From positions 797 through 64,796 of IMG/VR virus record IMGVR_UViG_3300033113_000110: 64,000 nt of DNA; one strand, given 5' to 3'. Both the position numbers and the translations under genes were made by a program. Positions 1 through 9,333 of this stretch are shown here, piece after piece. The notes beneath the pieces were generated by a model. It was not told where the DNA came from. It did not search any database and worked only from the letters and a program-made list of their open reading frames with translations. This stretch comes from a virus. Within the stretch, counting starts at the first letter, position 1; the number at the start of each line of letters is the position of its first letter.

Positions 1-1007
1 GCGTAATAATCTATGACTGTTTCAGCGTCCAACTCCAGATCGGAGGAGAATAATAAAACGTGTGCTATCTCTTGCGTCTTTGCGTCGATTTTTAGCAAAC
101 AGACGACATTCAAGGGGTCCGGGAAACGTTTGTGTCGACATACTATTTGATAGACTTGCGAAGTAATGTTTCCTTTCGTCTGTGTAGAGACGCGATATTT
201 GCTGTCAATCTTTTTCGGGTTGAACTTTTCACCATAGATAGCCGGTCGCCCACGCCCCTGATAAGGTGTTGTCGGTGGCAGATACAAGGCAGCATCTTTA
301 CGAAGTTTTGAAATCAGATGGAGTCGGAGACCTCTGACCATTTGTAGCGTCTGATTGTTTCCGAAGTATCCATCAAGGAGCAAATAACCGATCTTTACGC
401 CTCCTGTAATCATTGCTAAAACCTTCTTCAGCATAGATTGGAGGTGTTTCAAAGTGTCGTTGAGGACGACTTCGGACTTGTTTCGGTTCTTGCTTCCTTT
501 CGGACGTCCCGGCTTCCCCTTGGGTTCCGAAGGTTTTGAAGGCTCCGCGGCTTTTTTCGGAGGTGTTGCTGCTGCCTCCCGGACGACCTGCTCCATAAGC
601 ATCGGGTAGGAACGCCGCTGCTTGACACTGATGACCGACAGGGCGAAAAATGCCAGTCCCGGTATCGCTTTACCTATTGTTGATGAGAAAAAACGTGATA
701 AACCATACGTTTCATCGCCTGATTTCGGCAGAACCGTCTCATCACCAGCGAGCAAATACACATCATCGGGATCAAACAGATGTGCCTGAAAGAACACCCA
801 ACAAAGTCTGCCCCAAGGCAGGAGTGTGTTATAGAACCTTTGGATCGTGCGATAACTCCCCCCTTTTGAAGTCCAGCGTGAGATATTTCGCATCGTCACG
901 CTCCCTGTCATCGCAAGTATGGCGAACACGATTTGACGAAACTGACGGAGCGTTGCAACCGATAAATTTAGACTGAAAACTGTAAATAATGATATAATCT
1001 CTGACAT
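1..1007 (-). CDS. IS701/IS4-type DDE transposase, truncated by the window edge (missing from the ORF track because no stop lies in the window)
   Basis: Manual translation from ATG at 1007: MSEIISLF...YLLAGDETVLPKSG...KGKPGRPKGSKN...YLLLDGYFGNN...LISKLRKDAALY...LLFSSD, open to base 1; AGGA RBS upstream. Confidence 0.88.
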   Translation of the reverse strand, partial: MSEIISLFTVFSLNLSVATLRQFRQIVFAILAMTGSVTMRNISRWTSKGGSYRTIQRFYNTLLPWGRLCWVFFQAHLFDPDDVYLLAGDETVLPKSGDETYGLSRFFSSTIGKAIPGLAFFALSVISVKQRRSYPMLMEQVVREAAATPPKKAAEPSKPSEPKGKPGRPKGSKNRNKSEVVLNDTLKHLQSMLKKVLAMITGGVKIGYLLLDGYFGNNQTLQMVRGLRLHLISKLRKDAALYLPPTTPYQGRGRPAIYGEKFNPKKIDSKYRVSTQTKGNITSQVYQIVCRHKRFPDPLNVVCLLKIDAKTQEIAHVLLFSSDLELDAETVIDYY

Positions 1008-1093
1008 GGGTAAACATCCTTTTAGTTGTGGTTTTTGTTTACCCATAACTTTACAATATTTACCATATTTAATCAATTTTGGCGAAGGTATTG
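1..1093 (-). mobile_element. Insertion sequence; putative left end at 1093
   Basis: Minus strand starts CAATACCTTCGCCAAAA at 1093, resembling IS4/IS701-type termini; phage-like coding sequence resumes directly after. Other end and target duplication lie outside the window. Confidence 0.65.
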
Positions 1094-1721
1094 TTCAGCG
1101 GGACCGTCTAATAATCCTGCGAATTTAGATGATCAGATTGTTGTTGTCTCGCCAGCAACGCAGAATGGGCAAACAGCGGGATTGCTTCGACGTTTTACGA
1201 TAACAAGGACTTCTCATTACTATAGCCATGATTTGGACGATATTTTCTATCATAATGGGAAATTGTATATTTTAACTTCGTATAGTTCAGGCACTACGTA
1301 TCAATGCTTTTCTGTGCTTTATGACATTGATGGGTCGGATCTATCTTATATCATTAGTTTATTTGAGCGGGGTGGTGGTATCTCGTTGACAGGTGGCTAT
1401 CTAACAGCTGTTTTATATTCACGTGCAAATCCGAATCAGGGGAACTATTTTAGGATCTATCCGCCGAGTTGGGCGACAGGTATTCCCAGAAGTGATGGTA
1501 CTTCTTATACGACGCACGCTGTGATACGATCGAATAATCAGAACAATACGAGTGATGTGAGCATGACAAGCATCAATAATTTTGCTTATATTTTATCAAG
1601 TACACTGCTGGATGTTCTTAGCGTCGTGGAGGTGCCGACACCTGTGGGTACGCCTATTAGACGTGGTGAAATTGGATTGAGTCCTACTTTAACGCAACCG
1701 CGGGGAATAACGCATTTGTAG
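1094..1721 (+). pseudogene. 3' remnant of a structural (beta-propeller-like) gene interrupted by the IS
   Basis: The track ORF 1026..1721 starts inside the IS; sequence after 1093 reads as a real protein (DIFYHNGKLYILTS, MTSINNFAYILSS) and is coupled to the next gene. Confidence 0.6.
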
Positions 1722-1730
1722 GTGATCGAA

Positions 1731-3926
1731 ATGGCAACGGCAACAGCAGCATGGAGTAGAGATACGACGGTACGTGGTGCTGTAAGTACTGCTATAGTCA
1801 CTTTCTCTGAAGAAGTCTCAGGATTATCTATATCAACAGTAAATACCATACCTTCTGAATGGACTATTACAGGGGATCTTATTACTGATGATGGTAGGAA
1901 TCGCTTTCGTTATAGTTCAAATGAGAACCCTATCTGGCATTATTTATTACAAATACCTTTGGCGTGGGGTCCTGATGGTGGTTCGTTTCGGATGCGTTTG
2001 GCACATGATGCTGTTACGCCGAACCTTGATGAAGATTTTGATTGGACGTTAAGTTGGAATGCTCGTGGTGAAACGATAGCGGAGAGAACCGTTGATAGAG
2101 TGTTTCCTGAGTTGGCAATTACGTTATCGGAAACGTATGTTGCGATTGGTACAGTTGTCACTGCGACATTTACATTTACAGAAGTAGGTGCTGCGACACT
2201 TACTAATTTTACTGCCGATGATGTTGTTGTAACAGAAGGTGTTACGAAAGGAGTATTGACGAAGGTTAGTAATACTGTCTATACGATGCTGATTACAGCC
2301 CCTGCGAGTGGTAATGGAGAGGCGGTTATTTCTGTGGCAGCAGATGTGGTTCGTCCTCGGAATACTGCAGCTGCGGCAAGGTTGACTTATATTGATTCTA
2401 TTAATGCGGATATAAGTTTGTCCGCGGCAAGCGTAGAAAGTGGAGGGTTGGTTATTGCCCAGTTTGATTTTGATTATGATGTTCCAGATTTTGATTCGGA
2501 TTTTGTAGCGGTGAACGATGCAGGTGCGGTTGTTGGGAACGCAACTGCCTTAGATGATCAGAATCGGCGATGGGCGGTGCCAGTTACGGTGCCTGAGACA
2601 GGTGAAGGCGAAGTAGAAATATCGTTACCGGAAGATGCGATCGGTTTCGCACAACCGGAAGTCAGGGCACCTGTTCAATTTGCGGAGACGATTCCACTCT
2701 CGATTGGATCATTTATGACACCGATCGAGGCTGTGATTGATCATAATCTTAATTTTCCAATTAATATTCGAGGAAATAATGTTAATTTTGTAGATATTCA
2801 AGGTAAATTGCGACCGTTTTATCCGCATTGGGATCAGACAAAAGGAGTATTGTATATTCGCGGTCGCTCTGAATCGTATTATGAGGAATTAGGTTTTACA
2901 ATTATTGCTCGGGATGATAATGCTGAAGCACAGGCTGAAGGTAGTATTAATGTTGTGGATTTGGTGCCTGTTATTCGGCCACCCGATAAAATTCAATTTG
3001 TGAAGGGATTGAAGAATTCTATCTTGATTCCTATAGATAATCGTCCGTCTGAGGGTGCAGTGGAAGGCTCTTGGATGGGTATAGATCATGAAATTTCGGA
3101 AATAGGTGTCCGTATATTTGGAGATATTCCTGCGGATGCTGAGGCGGCTTTTGGTATGGGGAGCAGCGGTAATTTTTTAATAACAGCGTTAAACAGAGGT
3201 GGTGATGCTATACCAAAGATGGTACCTTGGGAGTTTACGACTCCTACGCCACCTAATTTAGATGTGACGTTGGGTGGTTTTCTTACCGGTTTTCGAGAGA
3301 TTTATTTGGAGACAGGTACACATTACAGTTTGCGACTTTTAGATTTTGTTTCTGGGGTTCCAGGACCTACATTGGCTTTAGAGATGGGTGAATTTGGTGA
3401 ATTTTCAAAGGGTTTATCCTTTGATGAGGAAACGACTGTTATTAGTGGTACGCTAACAAGCTTGGGGAGAACGCCATATTTTACTTTTAAGGTAGAGAAT
3501 CCTGCAGGGGCAACGACCAGTCGTTTTAGATTTACGGTGTTAGCTGCAGGAAGTATCCCAGTGCCAGTGTATCGGGGGCCTTCAAATCCGGGAACGATAA
3601 CGGCACGCGCCATTCGTTCAAGTGTTCTTAATTTCTTTCAAACTTGGTTTAATACAAATCGTTACACATCTGTATCAGCAAATGCACAGGATTGGGAGTT
3701 AATAGGTATTGATGATCCGAAGTTATATGCGCGTCAGTATCGGCATCAACTGCGGAATACGACACCGTTATTGCGATTCACTAAAGGGATTTCTCCTCGA
3801 CTTCAGTTTAATCAAAACAATAGAGAGGCTTTAAAATATAGAGGGACTTCCCACAGGGTTCAAATCAAACTTTCAAATTATAGGGGCTCTGTAACTTCAC
3901 CAGAATTTACTTTGAATTTTACATAA
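1731..3926 (+). CDS. Virion-associated protein with several Ig-like domains (Big_13-like and He_PIG-like)
   Basis: AIVTFSEEVSGLS; VVTATFTFTE...NFTADDVVVT...VYTMLITAP; GLSFDEETTVISGT; ATG at 1731 follows AGGTGA. Confidence 0.7.
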   Translation: MATATAAWSRDTTVRGAVSTAIVTFSEEVSGLSISTVNTIPSEWTITGDLITDDGRNRFRYSSNENPIWHYLLQIPLAWGPDGGSFRMRLAHDAVTPNLDEDFDWTLSWNARGETIAERTVDRVFPELAITLSETYVAIGTVVTATFTFTEVGAATLTNFTADDVVVTEGVTKGVLTKVSNTVYTMLITAPASGNGEAVISVAADVVRPRNTAAAARLTYIDSINADISLSAASVESGGLVIAQFDFDYDVPDFDSDFVAVNDAGAVVGNATALDDQNRRWAVPVTVPETGEGEVEISLPEDAIGFAQPEVRAPVQFAETIPLSIGSFMTPIEAVIDHNLNFPINIRGNNVNFVDIQGKLRPFYPHWDQTKGVLYIRGRSESYYEELGFTIIARDDNAEAQAEGSINVVDLVPVIRPPDKIQFVKGLKNSILIPIDNRPSEGAVEGSWMGIDHEISEIGVRIFGDIPADAEAAFGMGSSGNFLITALNRGGDAIPKMVPWEFTTPTPPNLDVTLGGFLTGFREIYLETGTHYSLRLLDFVSGVPGPTLALEMGEFGEFSKGLSFDEETTVISGTLTSLGRTPYFTFKVENPAGATTSRFRFTVLAAGSIPVPVYRGPSNPGTITARAIRSSVLNFFQTWFNTNRYTSVSANAQDWELIGIDDPKLYARQYRHQLRNTTPLLRFTKGISPRLQFNQNNREALKYRGTSHRVQIKLSNYRGSVTSPEFTLNFT

Positions 3927-5035
3927 TGCCACGAGCGAACATAGCACCGAATATCAATGTAACGCAGACAGGGAGTTTCCAGTTTACTATTGTGCTTGAG
4001 AATACCCGCCCGTCTGATCTTCCGGTAGGTGAACCGACTCCTTCTATCATACTGGATCCGGATAGTTTTTCGCTTGCGAATGTTCAGTTGAATATGCAGG
4101 ATGGGACGGTTGTTCAGAATACGGATCCTGATAACCAAATAGAAGTGCGGAACTATACGATAGAGTCTGGTGTAATCGTTCAGTTTGTTTTGGTCAGTGT
4201 TACTGCGGGTGGTTTGATAACAATACGAGTGGAGGATTTTCCGAGTGATAAGTCTGGTAGTTTTAATGTTGATGTTACCGGGAGTGTGACAGTAGAACTG
4301 TCAGGTGTTAGTACGTCAGAGGGTTTTACCGGTAGTCCCACGAAATCAATAGATTATGATACTTTCACGAGTCTTGGTGCTTCTTTTGGTAAGCCGGAAT
4401 ATCGGGGAGGTGGTGTCCTTGCGATACCGGTAATATTTGCTTCTCCTGTGATTGTACCGTCACGCACGATTTTTACTCTTACACATCTTTCGGGAGGAGA
4501 GATAAAAGAATTTGATTCATATATTGTTGGTAGTGGTCGAGAGTATAAGTTGATCTTGATTTTATTGCGTGATGCTTCAGGTACCTTCCTTGTTGCAGCA
4601 TCGGGGACAGTTTTTAAAACTTTTTCAGGGACGTATGACACTGTAAACATAAAACCGATGTTTGTTGCGTGGTCCTATTTTCTTGCGGAAATATCGGTGT
4701 TAGGTGAACCGCAAGAAGTCGCGGATCATATTTTTGAGGTAGAGATTGAAACGGATCTGCCGACGAAAAGTCTTGATATTAATTCGTTCAGCTACAAGAT
4801 CCCGACAGAATCACGTGTACTGTTTCGTTCTCAAGATTTAGCGGAACGTCCTGATAACCCGCCGTTGGTTTCTGAAAGTGATATTGCGTTACCGGTGTGT
4901 TTTGAGTCATGGGAACGGGTTGTGGATAATACAGTTGAATCTTCAGGTCGGTTTTTCTTATTACGTTTTAAACGTGAATACGAAGATGATACACATATTC
5001 CTGAAGTGCTGTTTATTGGTGGGGATTTGGAATAA
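3926..5035 (+). CDS. Beta-rich/Ig-like putative structural protein
   Basis: 369 aa, beta-strand and Ser/Thr/Val rich, overlaps the stop of the previous gene. Confidence 0.5.
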   Translation: MPRANIAPNINVTQTGSFQFTIVLENTRPSDLPVGEPTPSIILDPDSFSLANVQLNMQDGTVVQNTDPDNQIEVRNYTIESGVIVQFVLVSVTAGGLITIRVEDFPSDKSGSFNVDVTGSVTVELSGVSTSEGFTGSPTKSIDYDTFTSLGASFGKPEYRGGGVLAIPVIFASPVIVPSRTIFTLTHLSGGEIKEFDSYIVGSGREYKLILILLRDASGTFLVAASGTVFKTFSGTYDTVNIKPMFVAWSYFLAEISVLGEPQEVADHIFEVEIETDLPTKSLDINSFSYKIPTESRVLFRSQDLAERPDNPPLVSESDIALPVCFESWERVVDNTVESSGRFFLLRFKREYEDDTHIPEVLFIGGDLE

Positions 5036-5616
5036 TGCTTCAAAACCTTGATCCAAATCAGCGTTTTGAGATGTTGATGAGTGAGGTTTCTCGTCAGATA
5101 TTGAGTACTGATTTATCGGATGGGAAGATTGCCGAGATATGTAATACGTCTTCAGAATTTGTTCGTCGGCAACGGATGTTTTTATTATTTGAAGAAAGGT
5201 TAAACTTATCTGTTTTACTTGAGGAGGATCAAATGCCAGCAAAAAAAATAGAGATTTCCTATGAAGATCTGTATAGAGAGTATATCGAAAATCAGAAAAC
5301 AATTGCGGAATGTGCAGAATTTTTTGGTTGTTCGAGTGGTGTTGTTCTGCGAAATATGGAAGAACATGGTATAGAAACGCGTCCTCGGGGATCCTCGAAA
5401 AAAGAAGGGGTATCGGAGGATTCGGAAGAAATGGTGACATCGGAATCTGAAATGGGGGAATCGAAGGAATCTCTTGAAACTGTTAAGAAAAGGGAGAGGC
5501 TTCTGGAAAGGCTTGTATTGCTTTCAGCTGTGAAAGAGGCAAGTATTCAGGAACTTTTAGAAGAAGCTCTTGAACTGCTTTTTGAGAGGTACTTTCGGAA
5601 TATTGAAGAAGTCTGA
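5035..5616 (+). CDS. DNA-binding regulator (HTH plus C-terminal RHH-like segment)
   Basis: KTIAECAEFFGCSSGVVLRNMEEHGIETR (HTH); LLERLVLLSAVKEASIQELLEEALELL (RHH-like). Confidence 0.6.
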   Translation: MLQNLDPNQRFEMLMSEVSRQILSTDLSDGKIAEICNTSSEFVRRQRMFLLFEERLNLSVLLEEDQMPAKKIEISYEDLYREYIENQKTIAECAEFFGCSSGVVLRNMEEHGIETRPRGSSKKEGVSEDSEEMVTSESEMGESKESLETVKKRERLLERLVLLSAVKEASIQELLEEALELLFERYFRNIEEV

Positions 5617-5653
5617 TTATCGATTCTTTTTATTGAGAAATTTAATAGATCTG

Positions 5654-5662
5654 TGGTAAAAT
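5654..5662 (+). promoter_or_regulatory. Extended -10 promoter for the lipoprotein gene
   Basis: TG-G-TAAAAT in an AT-rich gap; AAGGAG RBS before ATG 5731. Confidence 0.45.
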
Positions 5663-5730
5663 ATGGATAAGAAATGGAGGGTAGAAATACTACGAGAGAT
5701 TTAGTGACTTCATGCTAAAAAGGAGAAAAA

Positions 5731-6708
5731 ATGCGTAATTTGTTTTCTTTTATGGCGGCTATAACTATATTAGTGGTCGGGGGTATATTAGGATGCTCTC
5801 CAGATATTGAGGAGGATGGGCCTGATGTGTCCCTCACCTCAGCATGGACAGATATTTATGAGGGTTACGATACAGCACCTGCGGCACCTCGATTTTATAG
5901 AAACGCGGCCGCTATGAAATGTATGACGTTTGAATTACCAGATATACAAACAAGTACACATGGAAATAGAGAAAATCTTAGACAAGCAGGCTTAAAACCG
6001 GGTATGGTTCAAGATCCTATGAAGTTTGTAACTGAATATCCGGAAAATTATTTTAAGGGGAAAAGGCGAACCCAATTTGTTGTTTCTTACAGTACGCCAG
6101 AAAGACGGTTTCACTATCGCGTTCATTATGGATGGGAAAGTCGAAGTGAGGCAACAGTGGGGCAACATCAGGGTGAGACATGGACGGCTATTCTTTACTT
6201 AAACTCTACACCAGGCGAAGAAGGACACGAAGTATTCATATATCCTGAATGCATTTATCATTCTCAAGATGATTACACTACTAAATGTAAGTATGGTAAC
6301 ACGAGTACATTTACTAATGGAAAGTGGGTGCGAAACAATCCTTTGAATATCAATAAACTCAAAAGGGATATTGATGCGCTACATGCGAAAAGTGCGAAAG
6401 ACCCTAAAAACCCGATAAACGATGAGGTGTTAATATTAGGTTACCTGAATGCACCTTTTCTTGGTCTCTACAATAGGCTGCATGATATGTTTATAAATGG
6501 TAGCGATCCCAGACTTAAGACAAAGCGGAAAGACGATGGGAAAGCATACGATAAAAACGACCTTTTTGACAGTAATGGCAACTCTATCAAGTTTACAGAT
6601 CGTTGGTCTGGAGGTGATTACATTGTCAAGAAGATTACTGGTATGAATATTATGTGCTTCAATACAGAGTTACCTATAGATTGGCAGCCAGATCCACGTA
6701 ATAAGTGA
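5731..6708 (+). CDS. Lipoprotein of unknown function (moron-like)
   Basis: Signal peptide MRNLFSFMAAITILVVGGILG-C with lipobox. Confidence 0.75.
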   Translation: MRNLFSFMAAITILVVGGILGCSPDIEEDGPDVSLTSAWTDIYEGYDTAPAAPRFYRNAAAMKCMTFELPDIQTSTHGNRENLRQAGLKPGMVQDPMKFVTEYPENYFKGKRRTQFVVSYSTPERRFHYRVHYGWESRSEATVGQHQGETWTAILYLNSTPGEEGHEVFIYPECIYHSQDDYTTKCKYGNTSTFTNGKWVRNNPLNINKLKRDIDALHAKSAKDPKNPINDEVLILGYLNAPFLGLYNRLHDMFINGSDPRLKTKRKDDGKAYDKNDLFDSNGNSIKFTDRWSGGDYIVKKITGMNIMCFNTELPIDWQPDPRNK

Positions 6709-6733
6709 AAAGGTGTATCTTATCTAATAGGTG

Positions 6734-6846
6734 GTGTTCTCTTACTCAAGGGGAGGGGTTGTAGCCCTCCCCTGGCAACTACCAATTGTTGAGTAGGGGA
6801 ATATGAGTAGGAGAATGTGTTTCGGCGCGTTCTCTTTTCTGTTTAA
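6734..6846 (+). ncRNA. Structured leader/attenuator, copy A (enclosing stem, hairpin, pseudoknot, terminator)
   Basis: TTCTCTTACTCAA/TTGAGTAGGGGAA, GGGGAGGG/CCCTCCCC, terminator GGAGAATGTGT-TTCG-GCGCGTTCTCT-TTTCT; homologous to 41048-41160. Confidence 0.8.
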
Positions 6847-6872
6847 GGGACTTTAGCTGATAGGATATATTT

Positions 6873-7226
6873 ATGAGCAATCAAAATTTTCAATTCACGG
6901 ATGCTGTTGAGGTGCTTTATCCGCCGACAGAGGATCGGCCGTTTAATCGTGGGACGTTTATGTTTCAGGGTATCTCAATGACTTGGGAGGATGCGCCGAC
7001 GACGGCTGAAGATGTTCGGGTACTTATTTCTGTGCCTGAGTTTGGTGGGCATGATTTTCTTGTTCGTGATTTAGATCCTTCAGAAAATTCTCTTGAGGAG
7101 TGGTATCATGGAATCGCTGGTGGACCTATTGCGATCCCTTCGGATGAACAAGTAAAAGTGACTTATCCGAATACGGATGCTACAATAGTAACGCTGAAAA
7201 TTGTAGGTTATTTCACGAATGGCTGA
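6873..7226 (+). CDS. Hypothetical structural protein
   Basis: 117 aa, first gene after leader A. Confidence 0.55.
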   Translation: MSNQNFQFTDAVEVLYPPTEDRPFNRGTFMFQGISMTWEDAPTTAEDVRVLISVPEFGGHDFLVRDLDPSENSLEEWYHGIAGGPIAIPSDEQVKVTYPNTDATIVTLKIVGYFTNG

Positions 7227-7983
7227 TTACTATAATGGCGACCCCTCAGAAGAAATTGTGTATCCAGATTACTTTAATGGTGATTTGGTGGAAGGGATTG
7301 TTGGAGATTATTTCAACGGTGATCTTGTTGGCGGTGCGTCGCCGGTGCCGGTACCTGAAAATGTTGCTGTTGCTGTTACTGCTTTTTTTGATTTAGCGAC
7401 GGATTTGTATACAGTGCGTACATCATGGACAGCACTGGAAGAATCTGTAGACAGTTATCAGTGGCGGTCTTTTGATCCTCGGCGCGGTGGCAGTATCAGT
7501 GCTTGGCGTGCAGAGCATTCTGGGAGTAGTCGGGATGTCTTCAGAGATGCCTGGATAGAAGTTAGGTCTGTTAAAGAGGGCAGATATTCTCAGCCGGTCA
7601 GGGTCGCTTTCAGTGAATTTACCTATCCTGCTGTAAATACACCGAGAGATTTAACAGTTGAGGTTACAGAGGATACCAGTTCTGTATTTGGATTAACATT
7701 GGATTGGTTGCCGCCTGCTAATTTGTTTGGTAGGACTGTTAGGTACTATGTAGACAGAGGTGGGATTAGCTTTGATTATCATACCGCTCCTGCAAATTTA
7801 AGGTTCTCTGGTGCAAGGTCTAATTTCCCCTATTTCGCTGTGCGCGCGGAAGCATCGGACGGGAGTGTATCGGGTTATATCAGAGTCAATGATGCAGATT
7901 ATGTAGAACCGGAAACAGGCAATATTCTTGTATTGAACAATAAAATCTTGGTGATAGGCGATAAAATTCTACATATCGCATAG
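7219..7983 (+). CDS. Fibronectin type III-like protein
   Basis: TPRDLTVEVTEDTSSVFGLTLDWLPP; three N-terminal DY(Y/F)NGD repeats. Confidence 0.55.
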   Translation: MADYYNGDPSEEIVYPDYFNGDLVEGIVGDYFNGDLVGGASPVPVPENVAVAVTAFFDLATDLYTVRTSWTALEESVDSYQWRSFDPRRGGSISAWRAEHSGSSRDVFRDAWIEVRSVKEGRYSQPVRVAFSEFTYPAVNTPRDLTVEVTEDTSSVFGLTLDWLPPANLFGRTVRYYVDRGGISFDYHTAPANLRFSGARSNFPYFAVRAEASDGSVSGYIRVNDADYVEPETGNILVLNNKILVIGDKILHIA

Positions 7984-7995
7984 GGGTAAAGACGA

Positions 7996-9330
7996 ATGTC
8001 ATATACAGAAGTTGATGCTCTTAATTTAGATGATGTCTCGGATGCTGACTTGTGGGATGCGAAAGTTGTTTTGGTTACAGACAACTACAAGGATAGAACG
8101 CTCGGCGAGATAAGAGATGCTATTAAGAAGGCCATTATTCGTAATCCTGATTTAGTGTTTGATCAATGGACAAAGATAGGGGAATTTACGTATCAGAGTT
8201 CTTTTACAACGGCTGTAGGGGCATCTAATTTTGCTTTTTCTGCAACGACGGCGAATCCTGTGAAAGCAAATATTTATATTTCAGATGAAGATGAGGGGGC
8301 TACTGATCAGCAGACGGCTTATGGAGAATTAGAAGATGGTGATCTGTTATTGATAGATGGGAAAAATGTGATTCAGATTATGCGTACTATAGAAGATGAT
8401 ATAAATCTTCAATGGCAAATTATAGGACGCTGGTTGAATCCTCATGATGTGGCAGATTATACGGCTGATGATAATTATGATATTTATTCTATAAAAAAAG
8501 GTGGGTTCTTGCCCCCGACAATAAATGATCTTTCTATAAGTAAAACCCGGAGACCACAGGAATCAGATAAAATTGAAAATGAGACTGTCCATTTCTACGA
8601 TATTGTAAATGGGAATTTCTATGTTTCATATAAAGGTGGGGATTGGTATTTCTTGGGTTCGACGGGAAATGTTGCGAAGAATGTTTTTATTGGTGATTTT
8701 GATAGGACAACTGTTGTTGCAACCGTAGACATTCGGGAAGGTGAATATAAAGAGCTGAATAATGCTGTTATTTTTGGGGTAGGTTTAGATCTGAACTCGC
8801 CTCAAGCGAAGTTGATAGCTCAATTGCAGGATGGAGATTCTATTTTTCTTGGATCGAAAGAGGGTGTTGTTGGTACGGTTTCGCGAAGACAGGCGGCGGG
8901 AATAGCAGGTACTTATTATTGGTATACTGTTTCTGTAAGTTGGGTGTCTTTATTTACAGGGCTTACATTTGATGCTGAGGAATCTGTTTACTTTACAGAG
9001 TATACACCTTTTACATCTGAGACGATTTGGGAAGGCACACTAACCGGGAATGACACAGATGATGATGATATAGTACAGTTGAATGCTGGTAAGAAGTTTT
9101 CGGATTATTTTATGCTTCAATTTGATATAAATACGAACTGGCCCATTACTGTGTTAGCAGATACTTTTGTGAATTCACGTGACTTTAATCTTCATGCCTT
9201 TAACGGAACGAATGTCTGCTATATGTATCTTCGTCGTGTGTCTGATACGCAAGTTAGGAGTGTTGGGGGGCAAAGTGCAAATAGGATTCGGCTTAACAAG
9301 ATTTTGGGGATTAAATCAAGGAGAGGGTAG
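7996..9330 (+). CDS. Putative tail fibre/receptor-binding protein
   Basis: 444 aa beta-rich; C-terminal IWEGTLT...LNAGKKFSDYFML...ILGI resembles tail-fibre tip modules. Confidence 0.5.
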   Translation: MSYTEVDALNLDDVSDADLWDAKVVLVTDNYKDRTLGEIRDAIKKAIIRNPDLVFDQWTKIGEFTYQSSFTTAVGASNFAFSATTANPVKANIYISDEDEGATDQQTAYGELEDGDLLLIDGKNVIQIMRTIEDDINLQWQIIGRWLNPHDVADYTADDNYDIYSIKKGGFLPPTINDLSISKTRRPQESDKIENETVHFYDIVNGNFYVSYKGGDWYFLGSTGNVAKNVFIGDFDRTTVVATVDIREGEYKELNNAVIFGVGLDLNSPQAKLIAQLQDGDSIFLGSKEGVVGTVSRRQAAGIAGTYYWYTVSVSWVSLFTGLTFDAEESVYFTEYTPFTSETIWEGTLTGNDTDDDDIVQLNAGKKFSDYFMLQFDINTNWPITVLADTFVNSRDFNLHAFNGTNVCYMYLRRVSDTQVRSVGGQSANRIRLNKILGIKSRRG

Positions 9331-9333
9331 TCT

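Noticed and set aside
1026-1093. N-terminus of track ORF 1026..1721
   Set aside because: Starts inside the IS end; only the part after 1093 looks like a real gene fragment.
6728-6850. Known riboswitch identity (fluoride, SAH, preQ1, ZTP, c-di-GMP, pistol or twister ribozyme) for A/B/C
   Set aside because: Conserved nucleotides of these classes, as I recall them, are missing; needs Rfam confirmation.
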